Shown piece by piece: positions 40,693 to 50,221 of a stretch of 64,000 nucleotides of DNA. The stretch lies in contig CAWDGJ010000002.1 in the NCBI GenBank assembly GCA_963801815.1, positions 800,001-864,000 on the forward strand, read 5' to 3'. How positions within the stretch are numbered: position 1 is the stretch's first letter; every line of letters begins with the position of its first letter. The translations under genes and the position numbers were made by a program. The notes under the pieces were generated by a model. It was not told where the DNA came from, did not search any database, and saw only the letters and a program-made list of their open reading frames with translations. Source of the stretch: an uncultured Verrucomicrobiae bacterium (GTDB lineage: Bacteria; Verrucomicrobiota; Verrucomicrobiia; Chthoniobacterales; UBA10450).

Positions 40693-40830
40693 CTATTTTG
40701 CCGTCCACTCGACCTTGCCGGTGTCGAGATCGTAGGAGCCTTCGACCACGCGGACCTGGGACGAGAGCTCACCGAGTTGGGCATCACTTCGAATCTTCTT
40801 TGCGACCTCCGCATCATTTTCATGAATAGT
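40693..40830 (-). pseudogene. C-terminal remnant of a beta-carbonic anhydrase
   Basis: HEN...VRVVEGSYDLDTGKVEW resembles the beta-CA C-terminal YDLxTGxV; no N-terminal Zn ligands. Confidence 0.55.
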
Positions 40831-40956
40831 ATTCGTTAGGGGGTTTGCAGGGCCAATGGCTTCACCGGGGCTCCCGTCCATCTTCTGATTTTAGAAAGGG
40901 GTTACCGGCAAACGGTTGCCATGATGTCCTAGCCAGACAATCGGTACGAATGCGGC

Positions 40957-41592
40957 CTATGCGACAGGAAGCATAAGCATCCGCACGGCGGCGAACAAAA
41001 AGCCTGCAAGGGCGAAGAACAAACTGCTTTGGCGCACGTATCGGTGGTCGAATTTTCCGGAAGTGCCGGCAAAAAACAGAACGGCAGCGAACAGGACGGT
41101 ATTGCTTAGATAGTGCGCCGCCACCGCGCTCGCTCGTTTTGCCGCGGCGTCGTTTCGTCCGGCGTCAGCGTTGGCCTGTCGTGCGTCCTGGACGAAACGG
41201 GGCTGGTAAAGATTTGGCACAAACGGATGTGGGTCCGCTTTTGGATTCTCGAACGGCTTTTCCGCGATCCAGGCGTCATAGGCTTTGCGCAGTTCCGGCG
41301 GAAAACGGTCGAGATAAAAATTCGCTAACTTCTCTTTACCAGATATCTGGGCATCGATGAACTCGGTAAACACTTTCGCCTGGAGTAACGTTGTCTGGCC
41401 GCCCTCCAAGTGAAGCAGCGCGGCTTGTTGATTCGAGCGACCGGCTTCAGTAGCGAAACTGCTGCTTTGTCCATTCCATTCCGAAGATTGATATGAACAC
41501 CACGCTGTGCCGAGCGTCGACAACGCCATGATAATCGCGGACGCAGGTTCGAACCAGCGCCGCTTGTCTTCGCTTGGATTCGGGTCAGTCAT
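40957..41592 (-). CDS. Membrane protein, DUF4337-like (paralog of 24952-25584)
   Basis: GTAWCSYQS, RFPPELRKAYDAWIAEKPFENPKADPHPFVPNLY. Confidence 0.7.
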   Translation of the reverse strand: MTDPNPSEDKRRWFEPASAIIMALSTLGTAWCSYQSSEWNGQSSSFATEAGRSNQQAALLHLEGGQTTLLQAKVFTEFIDAQISGKEKLANFYLDRFPPELRKAYDAWIAEKPFENPKADPHPFVPNLYQPRFVQDARQANADAGRNDAAAKRASAVAAHYLSNTVLFAAVLFFAGTSGKFDHRYVRQSSLFFALAGFLFAAVRMLMLPVA

Positions 41593-41716
41593 GTGCCGAA
41601 ATGATTCCTGCTTGGCGAGGCTTCATTTAGAAGGCCGACTTTTCCTTCCCCTCTGTATATTATAATATAGGGATCTTCGGAAGACGCGGAGTCTTAATAG
41701 ATCCGTCGACGAGTTT

Positions 41717-42727
41717 CTAAAATTGTACACCGACCGTGATTTGAGGCCCGTACATAGAAACGTTATAAAGGAAGCCATCGCTATCGTAATCGTAATAGAG
41801 ATAGCGGCAACCAAGCTCGGCATAGATGTTCCGGGTAAGGTCACAGCCGAGCGCGCCGTAGGCTTGGACGGTGACCTTGGAGCCGACGTCAAAGCCGCCG
41901 ACGTCCACCTTGCCAGTCACATAATAAGGTTTTTTCAGATTGTAGCGCCCGCTGAGTCCGACGTAGGGATCAGTCCAATATTCAGTGAGACCGAAACCGC
42001 GATTGAGATTCTTCCTAAGGACGCTGGCGATCTTCTGCTGCGCCGTCATAGGGTCCTGTCGAGCCGCAAGGATGAGTTTGAGTAATTTTATCTTCACTTC
42101 CTCCCCTAGAGGTGGAATCGGCAGAGGAGGATTGTTCCCATCGAGCCGGTGTTGCAACAGGCGCTCGAGCAATCCCTTGAGATCCGAATCAATGGCATTC
42201 GCTAAAGCAGCGGCGGCCTGATCGATCTTGGCGTCAGCGGCCGTCAGTTCGAGTCTGTCAAACATATTCGTGTAACGCGCGCCAGCCCGGAGGTTGAGCC
42301 ACCCGCGCGGACCTTCCAGGACCCGGTAATAAACCTCTCCATCCGCGATGTATTGATCCAGGGTAATATTTGCCTTCTTGACTAACCCATTACCGTAGAC
42401 TCCATCCGAGAGGCTCATATAGAGAAAATCTCCGTAAACCCCGAAGCGGCCGTATCTCGCTTCTGCGCTAAGAATCGTAATCCCAGCAACGTGGGTGAGG
42501 ATTTGATCGAAAGGGACGGCTACATTCGATGTAACCCCTTTCAGTCCAATATCGCCCGACATCCAGGCGAGCCAGCCTGGGAATCCGATATTGAAGTACC
42601 AATGATCGTTGTCGGTGATCGTTGGTGCAGGCGCGACCTCTTTTGACTCGAGTTCTACCGGCCCGGCCTCCAGCACGCGTGCAGCTGCAAACAACGCACA
42701 CGCGAAGAAGGGCAATTTGATTTTCAT
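41717..42727 (-). CDS. Outer-membrane beta-barrel protein with helical insertion
   Basis: Signal peptide, W..PYVG, D.GGF.VGS, C-terminal F. Confidence 0.7.
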   Translation of the reverse strand: MKIKLPFFACALFAAARVLEAGPVELESKEVAPAPTITDNDHWYFNIGFPGWLAWMSGDIGLKGVTSNVAVPFDQILTHVAGITILSAEARYGRFGVYGDFLYMSLSDGVYGNGLVKKANITLDQYIADGEVYYRVLEGPRGWLNLRAGARYTNMFDRLELTAADAKIDQAAAALANAIDSDLKGLLERLLQHRLDGNNPPLPIPPLGEEVKIKLLKLILAARQDPMTAQQKIASVLRKNLNRGFGLTEYWTDPYVGLSGRYNLKKPYYVTGKVDVGGFDVGSKVTVQAYGALGCDLTRNIYAELGCRYLYYDYDSDGFLYNVSMYGPQITVGVQF

Positions 42728-42768
42728 GGCTCGATATTCGCCCGCCGCAGCTGAGATCTTAGATGATT

Positions 42769-42786
42769 GTTCGACATTAGTCGATT
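42769..42786. promoter_or_regulatory. Weaker palindromic box GTTCGAC-ATTA-GTCGATT
   Basis: GAC-N4-GTC core upstream of the 42727 gene; overlaps the stop of the YSC84-like gene. Confidence 0.45.
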
Positions 42787-43324
42787 CGCATTATTTTGGT
42801 CCCTTGGAGGCCAAGTCCGGCCATCAAGCCTTGCTGATCGAAAATGAAAGCATAGATGCCGCTGTGCAGGGTGTTCGTCACTGAAAAGTACGAGCCATGC
42901 CCTCATCCACGATCACCACGCTCGGACCAGTGCCAATCTCCCAGCCGCGGGTGTTGTTGATCCAATCTACGGCCTTCTGACTCATAAAGAAAAGTGCGTA
43001 GCCATATTTTTGTACGCCGGCCTGCAAGCCATAGGAAGCGGCGACGGTCCGATAGCGGCCGCTTGGTTGGCCGCGAACAAAGAGAACTCCTTTGCCTCCT
43101 TGAGCGCCGACAACGAAGCCGGCTTTAACGACATTGGGAAAAACTAGAACCGCCAACGCTTTGGATTTGGCTTTGGCCGCACCTGGATTCTGATCCACCA
43201 GCTGTTGCAATGCGCGGCGGGAGTCGCTCGTTAGATCATCCGCGGACGCGGTGCTAAGGAACGCGATCGTGGCGAGCATCAAGCCAGCCGCGTGCTTCCA
43301 TTTCGATGTGCTGTTCATTTTCAT
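42777..43324 (-). CDS. YSC84/SYLF lipid-binding domain protein (frameshift at ~42885)
   Basis: VLVFPNVVKAGF..G..G.G, S.GLQAG.Q; C-terminus IYAFIFDQQGLMAGLGLQGTKI in another frame. Confidence 0.8.
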
Positions 43325-43411
43325 ACATGTGTTTGTTTCTTTAGGTTGGTCGAGGTTCGCTAGTTGCATTCCGGAGGAACGTGTAATTTCGATGGTGTGT
43401 GAAGATCTCAT

Positions 43412-44398
43412 TTAATCCTTACCGTCTTTGCCATATGTCCCCGCGACTGGTCCCGGTTGCGGTTTGGCCGTCGGGTAAAGAAGCGTGAAGTTTAGGCGCA
43501 GACCCCAATCGGGACCGTAACGGGGCGTGTCGGCGTAATACTTTCCGCCCAGCTGAATGCTGACAGGTTGTTTCCCGATCTTCAGGACCTGGCTAATTTG
43601 GAAAATGAGCGGGATCGTCCACTTGGCGTCGCCCGGCGTGTTGTCCCAGTTGGCCGTGTCTTCCGAGCTAAGCGTGAAAGTGGTGTGCGTCTTGGTTGTG
43701 TACGCGAGAAAAGGCTGGAGATACATTTGGCTGATGCTTTGTCGATGCTCCTCAATTGCGACCGACCAGAGCTGGTTCATCAGCACGCCTGCGGTTAGCC
43801 CGCCCACTTGCTTCAGCACCACGACCGTGGGTCCGATGGAGAATGTGCCAGTGCCGAGAAATGGGTGGGTTCCCGTGGGATAAAGAAAGGCGGGGCCGAT
43901 GCCCCAGATCAGGCCAAACGGTCCCGGTTTCTTGGGGGAAAAGAAGAAGCTCTGCAGCGTGTCGCTCAAGCCGTCCTGCGAACGATTTTGCGCGGGCAAG
44001 TTCAAATTCTTCGGCACATTCTCGACGTAGAAAAGGTCGTGTTGCGAAACGACCGGGATGATTGTCCGCAGAATCAGATTCCAATCTTTGTTTAAGGAAA
44101 TGGGAATGACTGGCTGAATGTTCAGCGTGAATTTGTAGCCGTTATGCGACGGCCCGTAGCCGAAGTCCTCGTTCGCTTGAAACGGTACGCTGATTAACGA
44201 AGAGATCGGATTCGCCAGTTGCTTCGCCAGGTTCGTAGCTTCGTCGTCACCGGATTTTTCCGATGCGGCCTCGGTTGCTGTGACTTCACCCAATGCCATT
44301 CCATTCGCGTCGACATTCGCGAGCTCGGTGGCGCGCAATTGATAAGTCGACAAAAGAAAGGCAGTGAAGATTGCGCTTGCGGTGCAGAAGGTTTTCAC
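43412..44398 (-). CDS. Outer-membrane beta-barrel transporter-like protein
   Basis: LAKQLANPISSLISVP, LNIQPVIP, WGIGP, QPFLAY; GTG start preferred. Confidence 0.75.
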   Translation of the reverse strand: MKTFCTASAIFTAFLLSTYQLRATELANVDANGMALGEVTATEAASEKSGDDEATNLAKQLANPISSLISVPFQANEDFGYGPSHNGYKFTLNIQPVIPISLNKDWNLILRTIIPVVSQHDLFYVENVPKNLNLPAQNRSQDGLSDTLQSFFFSPKKPGPFGLIWGIGPAFLYPTGTHPFLGTGTFSIGPTVVVLKQVGGLTAGVLMNQLWSVAIEEHRQSISQMYLQPFLAYTTKTHTTFTLSSEDTANWDNTPGDAKWTIPLIFQISQVLKIGKQPVSIQLGGKYYADTPRYGPDWGLRLNFTLLYPTAKPQPGPVAGTYGKDGKD

Positions 44399-44486
44399 AC
44401 GTTCGTTCCGTTTGGCGAGTTGGGTCGGGCCAGGCGCTGGAGTTTCAGCACGCCCCGAGAGTGACAAAATCCTGTGAGAGGCGCAT

Positions 44487-44504
44487 ATGGGACTTTGGTC
44501 CTAC
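44487..44504. promoter_or_regulatory. Palindromic box ATGGGAC-TTTG-GTCCTAC
   Basis: Upstream of the OM barrel gene. Confidence 0.8.
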
Positions 44505-44629
44505 GCGTTCAGAAACCGCAAAGCCGGCAACGGAGTCGACGAGATTACCGGCTAATCCAAAAAAATCGCACAGCCTGGTTCGCTGCCCACGCGAATTAGC
44601 GAACCGAAGTAATTGTAATTTTGCTGCGC

Positions 44630-44989
44630 TTAATTCTCAACTAATACCATCCTCTGGCCCTGCCAGATCGCGGTAAACGAATAGTTTTGTCCAGGCTGAA
44701 CGTTGATCTCTTTTTGCCAGACCGGTGAGAAAACCAGATTCGGAACAACTGTCGCCGAAATCATATGGTGACCGGGTGCTAAATAGCCATCATAACTCCG
44801 GCCCTCAACGAGACCGGCGACTTTCTTTCCATCGACTGAGAGCGAAAGGGAAATGGTGTCTCCGAAGTTCGCGACTCGCTTAACCATTAAGCGACCTCCC
44901 GAGGCCGCCGCGAAGGAAGACGTCACGCCAAGTAGAACCAATGAAAAGACGGTGACAACCAAAGCCGTGGTGATCGATTTAGATTTCAT
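44630..44989 (-). CDS. Small secreted beta-sandwich protein
   Basis: Signal peptide; L.VDGK, L.PG.H, V.PGQ.Y. Confidence 0.65.
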   Translation of the reverse strand: MKSKSITTALVVTVFSLVLLGVTSSFAAASGGRLMVKRVANFGDTISLSLSVDGKKVAGLVEGRSYDGYLAPGHHMISATVVPNLVFSPVWQKEINVQPGQNYSFTAIWQGQRMVLVEN

Positions 44990-45037
44990 ATTCAAGCTCC
45001 TCTTCATTGACACTACCTTCATCAGGCTGGCATTCGT

Positions 45038-45055
45038 ATCCGACCTTAGGCCAAT
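45038..45055. promoter_or_regulatory. Palindromic box ATCCGAC-CTTA-GGCCAAT
   Basis: Upstream of the 44989 gene. Confidence 0.55.
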
Positions 45056-45163
45056 TCGAGGATGGCAGCGGCCAACGCACGAGTAGTCGCCGCCATTTAC
45101 AGCGGTTCGTTGGTGGATTCGTTGTCCTTCTGATGTTGCCGTGGATCCTGATCTAGATCGAAA

Positions 45164-45601
45164 TTACTCGTCCCCGGTAGTATTCATCGGTCCGAGTCCG
45201 TCGAATTGTTCAATTCGGACATGATTGGGTCCGGCAGTTTCAGTAACCATATCGGGGCGATCCTGCATCTCTTGTTGAACCCGACGGGTGTTCTCTGCCC
45301 TGCTAAGTGTCTGTTTGTAGGCATCGAATTGCTGCTGTTTGCCGACATAGATCTGATCTTTCTGGGTAGTCCGATACACGTAGAACAACTTATGTTCATA
45401 CGTGACGGCCCACACTTGCCCTTCCGGCAGGCTCTCGACTTGCTCTCGCTGCCGCTGGGTTGTGACCGTCTTGAGACGGAATCCCGATTGCGAGAGTAAC
45501 ATTTCTTTAGTGGCGCTCCCTCCGGCCAATAGGGTTGTCGCTGTTCCTAACGCCAGAATAGCTGCGGCACTAATAACAACTAACGTAGTTAATCGCTTCA
45601 T
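45164..45601 (-). CDS. Secreted protein (paralog of 24433-24840)
   Basis: Signal peptide; LLSQSGF..T..Q...YVG.QQQFDAYK. Confidence 0.7.
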   Translation of the reverse strand: MKRLTTLVVISAAAILALGTATTLLAGGSATKEMLLSQSGFRLKTVTTQRQREQVESLPEGQVWAVTYEHKLFYVYRTTQKDQIYVGKQQQFDAYKQTLSRAENTRRVQQEMQDRPDMVTETAGPNHVRIEQFDGLGPMNTTGDE

Positions 45602-45693
45602 GATTTATCCTTTGTTCGTTTCTATTTGTTTATGCTTGCCGACGTACAATTTCCGATTGCAGAGAACTTTGCACGGCGAACGTCGTTCTTGCT

Positions 45694-45711
45694 ATGAGAC
45701 GTTGGTCTGAT
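45694..45711. promoter_or_regulatory. Palindromic box ATGAGAC-GTTG-GTCTGAT
   Basis: Upstream of the 45601 gene. Confidence 0.7.
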
Positions 45712-45719
45712 CCCAGGCG

Positions 45720-45917
45720 TCATGCGGGTACGGCGTGTGGGCGTCGAAAGGCCGTCACAGAATTCTTGCCGTTTAGGGTCTTGCGGCTTTTCCGTATTGA
45801 ATTCCTTCGCTGTAAGCGAGGTCTCGATACTCGGAGAATTAATGGCAGTATTAGCGCTGATGCACCGGCAAGGACCGTGGCGCCAGCAATGAGCGCGATG
45901 AGTTTGATATTCTTCAT
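45720..45917 (-). pseudogene. Small exported protein, possibly a frameshifted lipoprotein
   Basis: Signal MKNIKLIALIAGATVLAG; one added base gives lipobox LAGC followed by IETSLTAKEFNTEKP. Confidence 0.35.
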
Positions 45918-45990
45918 ATATATATGTGCGTGGTTGTGACTTTTCTGGTTTCCTTCGCGCTAACTATTCCCAACTCGGGAGCAGTCGCAT

Positions 45991-46008
45991 GTTGGACCAA
46001 AGTCCAAT
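45991..46008. promoter_or_regulatory. Palindromic box GTTGGAC-CAAA-GTCCAAT
   Basis: Upstream of the 45917 ORF. Confidence 0.75.
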
Positions 46009-46058
46009 CCCGTGCTTCGGCGTTCCTTTTAGTCCGGGATGAGTGCTGTCGGGATTGG

Positions 46059-46778
46059 TTAAAAGTGGAAGCGGATGCCAGCGCCTACCAATTGCTGACC
46101 AACCTGCTTATTGCCGTTGCCGACATCCAAAGCGACATAGTCGAGGAATTTGTACTCCACGAATGTGCTCCACTTGCATGTCCAGTAATAATCGGCACCA
46201 GCGACCACATCAAAGGCCAATGAGCCACTGTCGGCACCGCCGCCGGTGGAAAAAGTATTACCGGTGCGGTTGATCGTAATATCACTGCCCGCGGCCGCGG
46301 CATAGTACGCTCCCACGCCTCCTCCGGCGTAGGGCTGAAACTTCCCGAATGCGAACCGCGCGATAAAATTCGTCAGGAAAGCCCCGGAATTGATCAGATT
46401 GCTGCTATGCGCCACCTCGGTGCCATTTAGTTTGACGTGAATGTCGGTGCCGATGCCGTTATAAAAAAGATCCTCCTCGATCGTCGGACGAAATGTTCCG
46501 GTACCGAAAACGTATCCGACTTTTACTCCTCCGAAGCCGCCGATATTTTGGTCTCGCGAGATGCGAATGTCGTCGCCATTGCTAAAAACAAAGTCACGAC
46601 TTGTGGCAACATCCTGATAGACATTGGCGCCGCCTTCGAGGGCGACGTACCACCCGGTGCCAAAAGGACACTCCACCGTAGGTGCAGTGGCCACGTGCTT
46701 GAAGTCGGGCGAACCGGCAAAAACCGAGCCGCCGAAAAGAACGCAAATGGCAATTGAGAAGAGGATGTTTCGTTTCAT
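46059..46778 (-). CDS. Outer-membrane beta-barrel protein (8-stranded OmpA/OmpW-like)
   Basis: Signal MKRNILFSIAICVLFGGSVFA, GWYVALEGG, PYAGGGVG, C-terminal GIRFHF. Confidence 0.85.
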   Translation of the reverse strand: MKRNILFSIAICVLFGGSVFAGSPDFKHVATAPTVECPFGTGWYVALEGGANVYQDVATSRDFVFSNGDDIRISRDQNIGGFGGVKVGYVFGTGTFRPTIEEDLFYNGIGTDIHVKLNGTEVAHSSNLINSGAFLTNFIARFAFGKFQPYAGGGVGAYYAAAAGSDITINRTGNTFSTGGGADSGSLAFDVVAGADYYWTCKWSTFVEYKFLDYVALDVGNGNKQVGQQLVGAGIRFHF

Positions 46779-46814
46779 AATTTCCCATCCTCGGTGTCCG
46801 CCAATGCTGTTGCC

Positions 46815-46832
46815 ATGGGACCTTAGTCGTAT
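46815..46832. promoter_or_regulatory. Palindromic box ATGGGAC-CTTA-GTCGTAT
   Basis: 36 bp upstream of the OM barrel start. Confidence 0.75.
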
Positions 46833-46911
46833 GCTCCGAATCGTTGAGTCGCCTCGGATGGTTAAGCCAGACGTTAAGTCGAATCCCCGCTTAGATATCG
46901 CGAGAGGCTCC

Positions 46912-47286
46912 CTACGACGACATCGCTTTCTGAACGAGCTGCACCAGAACCTCGTCTTCGAAAGGTTTGGTGAGAAAGCCGAAAGCTCCTGAATTAAGCG
47001 CGGCTTCATGCACCGCGGGATCGTCGCGCCCGGTGAGAAAAATAATGCGCGTTTCCGGCGAGTCTCGCCGGAGGCGAGCCTGTACTTTCAAACCGTTCAT
47101 CTGGGGCATCCATACGTCGAGGATTGCGACGCGACACTTGGCATGTTTGAGGTTAGCTAGGAAGGCGTCCGGATTGCTAAACACCTCTGCAATCAAACCA
47201 GCCGACCTCAGTAAACGGCCAAGCGCCTTGAGCATCGAAAGATCGTCGTCAAGGAGCCAAATGGAATCCCGGTCAGAACCGCTCAA
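46912..47286 (-). CDS. Single-domain response regulator (FixJ-like receiver)
   Basis: LDDD, LDVWMPQMNG, FLTG, KPF; no output domain. Confidence 0.9.
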   Translation of the reverse strand: MSGSDRDSIWLLDDDLSMLKALGRLLRSAGLIAEVFSNPDAFLANLKHAKCRVAILDVWMPQMNGLKVQARLRRDSPETRIIFLTGRDDPAVHEAALNSGAFGFLTKPFEDEVLVQLVQKAMSS

Positions 47287-47409
47287 AGGTCTGCCCTTCG
47301 CACCCGCGTCGTCTGGAATTTTAAAGAAAAGGGGTACATTTGCGGTACCAATTTATCAATAGGACCGGAGAACATTTGCTACACTAAAGGTTCCATTGAC
47401 GCGTTACCT

Positions 47410-47427
47410 ATGAGACCATGGTCTCAT
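47410..47427. promoter_or_regulatory. Perfect palindromic box ATGAGAC-CATG-GTCTCAT
   Basis: Perfect 18-bp palindrome between the kinase and the receiver gene. Confidence 0.8.
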
Positions 47428-47506
47428 CCCGCTGAGCACGTAGCACTGCCGTGCTTTTTCGCCAACGGGCATTTGGCTGTATTCAGGTTCTGACTCGCTC
47501 TCCCTG

Positions 47507-49969
47507 CTATTGTTCTCTGACTGTGGAGTTGTCTTGTTTCTTCTGCGGTAGACGAACTGTAAAACATGCGCCACCGCCCTCACAATTTTCTGCTGAGAGG
47601 GTCCCGCTGTGTGCCTCGATAAGGCTGCAAGCAATCGCCAGTCCCATTCCGGTTCCCTCGGCTTTTGTCGAAAAGAATGGCTCGAACAGCTGTTGAGCCA
47701 TTCCGCTGGGAAAGCCGGGACCAGAATCACGGAAGCTGACGAGAATGTCTCCATTTTCACTATGGGCCGCATGAATAACAAGGCGCCGCGCGTTGGAGGG
47801 CACAGCGGTCATTGCTTCAAATGCGTTGAGCGTGAGATTGAGAAAGACTTGCAAGAGCTGCACCGGATCTCCCCAAACCTGGCCCACGCCGGGATTAACT
47901 TCGGTTACCACTTTCACATCTCGTTCAATGGCATCAGCGTGCACGATACGAAGAAGCTGTTGGATGATGTCCTCGATCTGGATTAACTCGCGGCGGGCTT
48001 CGCCTTTGCGAACCAGGTTGCGAATGCCCTGAATAACTTCACCGGCCCGGCGACCGTCAGTCACGATATCGGCCAGCAACTCAGTCAAGTCATCGACTTT
48101 GATTTTGCCGGCGGCGAGTAGGCGTTGCCCGGCGCTGGCATTCGCTACCATCGCGCCAACCGGATTGTTGACTTCGTGCGCGAGTGAAGCCGCCAGTTCG
48201 CCCATTACGGCGACGCGTCCCACCCGCGCCAATTCCAGGTTTTGGCGCTGATGCTGCAACTCCGCCTGCTTGCGTTCGGTGATGTCAATGCAAGAGCCGA
48301 TGTAACCAAGGAACTCGCCGTCGGGGGCAAACCGCGGTGTTCCAGTATCCAGAACGAGGCGATATTCGCCGTCACTTCGCCGCAAGCGATACTCCATTGT
48401 GAAAGGCTGCCGGGCATCGAAGGAACGTGCATAAATCTGCATGCAGCGGTCGATGTCTTCCCGATGCACGCCCTCCGCCCACTTATTGCCAAGCTCCTCT
48501 TCCAGTGTTCGCCCGGTAAAATCGAGCCAGCCTTTATTGAAGAAGGTGCAAAGCCTGTCTGGACCCGACACCCAGATCATGACTGGCGCCGTGTTGGCCA
48601 TGGCGCGAAAACGAGCCTCGCTTTCCAGGAGTTCTTCCTCCGCATGTTTGCGGAGTGTGATGTCGCGCGACACCCCGCGCGCAAAGGCCGGTTTGCCACG
48701 TTCGTCTAACTCGACGGTTCCATAACCCGAGATCCAGCGCGTGCTTCCGTCCGGCAGCTTAATGCGATATTCGCTTTCATTCTCGCCACCGTGCTTGAAC
48801 ATGCTCTGCACAAGTTGCTTCATACGTTCGCGATCCTCCGGGTGCACGACTTGGAGCAATCGGTCAAAGGCCACTGGCTCCGAATCCGTGAAGCCGAACA
48901 ACTCTCTCCATTTCTCCGTTACCCAAAGTTCCTTATCCTGAACGTTGCAATGCCACAGACCAAGATGCGCCGCGTTAGCCGCGAGGTTAATCCTCGCCTC
49001 GCTTTCCCGGAGAACATTTGTGCTCTTACGCCGTTCCTCGATAAGCACGGTAAGAAACATTAATGGAAGCGAAATCGTGATAAGAAACAATTGGAGCGAG
49101 AGCACGTTATCCACCAACATCGTTGTGACAAAAGGTCCGTGACCTTCGACCGCACCAGAGATGGATAAGAACGCGACGAGCAGGAGAGACGTCAGGAGCC
49201 CAGTCGGACCGAATCGAACCGCGGCCCAAAGAAGCGCCGGCAGCGGCAAATAAAGTAGCGCCGGAGAGGTGTGTTGCCCTGACGTAGGCTTGATGAAAAC
49301 GAAAACGCTGATTGCCAGTAACCCGCATCCCACAAGGGCAGCTTCGATGCAGCGAGCAAGAGAAACTTTCCTGAGAGCCGCCCGACCGCTGGCGATCCAG
49401 GTCATGATGGCCGGGGCCAACGTCAGAAAGGAAATGACATCCCCTAGGAACCAAACGCGCCAATCGAACCAGTAATTCCCTCCTGCACGATTGAACGCTC
49501 CTACGAATGCCGAGATGAAAGGAGCAAGAACGACTGCAAAAAGGATATAGGCCACAAGGCCTCGCAGGTTGCTGAAAGCGCGAAGACCACCGGCTAAACG
49601 ACGCACGCTGACCGTCGCGATGAGAACTTCAATCGTGTTGCCGATGAGGAAGCACAAGATCGCCCGAGGTGTGTCACCTATCTGTAGGTCGACGATGATG
49701 TTAGAGAGCAACCAGACAAGAATATATATTGTCCAAGTCCGAACTGGCGCCCATACCAACACCGAGAAAAGGATTGCGCTTGCTGGCCACAGAGGCGCTA
49801 TGTGATAAGGCTTAATCCGAAACGCAAGAGCGAACCTGGCGCAAACATACGTGACGGCTCCGACGATCAGTGCGTTAAGCAGTAGCCGGATGACGTCAGC
49901 CCTAGCCGGGACGTTTTCGCTGCTCGCGTCGTTTGGCGAACTCATCGTGACTTGTTCGCGACGAATCAT
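47507..49969 (-). CDS. MASE1-PAS-PAS histidine kinase (FixL/NodV-like)
   Basis: MASE1 TM region (LWPA, WFLGD, WAAVRFG), two PAS/PAC, H-box LAHEVNNP, DSGPG, GMGL. Confidence 0.92.
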   Translation of the reverse strand: MIRREQVTMSSPNDASSENVPARADVIRLLLNALIVGAVTYVCARFALAFRIKPYHIAPLWPASAILFSVLVWAPVRTWTIYILVWLLSNIIVDLQIGDTPRAILCFLIGNTIEVLIATVSVRRLAGGLRAFSNLRGLVAYILFAVVLAPFISAFVGAFNRAGGNYWFDWRVWFLGDVISFLTLAPAIMTWIASGRAALRKVSLARCIEAALVGCGLLAISVFVFIKPTSGQHTSPALLYLPLPALLWAAVRFGPTGLLTSLLLVAFLSISGAVEGHGPFVTTMLVDNVLSLQLFLITISLPLMFLTVLIEERRKSTNVLRESEARINLAANAAHLGLWHCNVQDKELWVTEKWRELFGFTDSEPVAFDRLLQVVHPEDRERMKQLVQSMFKHGGENESEYRIKLPDGSTRWISGYGTVELDERGKPAFARGVSRDITLRKHAEEELLESEARFRAMANTAPVMIWVSGPDRLCTFFNKGWLDFTGRTLEEELGNKWAEGVHREDIDRCMQIYARSFDARQPFTMEYRLRRSDGEYRLVLDTGTPRFAPDGEFLGYIGSCIDITERKQAELQHQRQNLELARVGRVAVMGELAASLAHEVNNPVGAMVANASAGQRLLAAGKIKVDDLTELLADIVTDGRRAGEVIQGIRNLVRKGEARRELIQIEDIIQQLLRIVHADAIERDVKVVTEVNPGVGQVWGDPVQLLQVFLNLTLNAFEAMTAVPSNARRLVIHAAHSENGDILVSFRDSGPGFPSGMAQQLFEPFFSTKAEGTGMGLAIACSLIEAHSGTLSAENCEGGGACFTVRLPQKKQDNSTVREQ

Positions 49970-50221
49970 GCTGCCTTTGATTTTTCCTCCCGGCTCATTG
50001 GCGGAGATGCCGCTGTTCGGATTTGGATAACACCGGCGATTTCTTTGAAGGTTGCGACGTCGCCTCGGCCGAGGCTAGTGAAACTAGAAACTTTCGCTGG
50101 CGCGATTAAATGCTGCATAACGCGCGTGGGCTCGTTGGAATGATAAGGAGAACGACACTGAATGTAAATTCATATCGAGGCCGAATCCTGTTCATTTCGT
50201 CGGCGGCCAAACCCGACAAAT

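Noticed and set aside
46779..47009. N-terminal extension of the OM barrel ORF
   Set aside because: It overlaps the receiver gene and a box; the signal peptide starts at 46778
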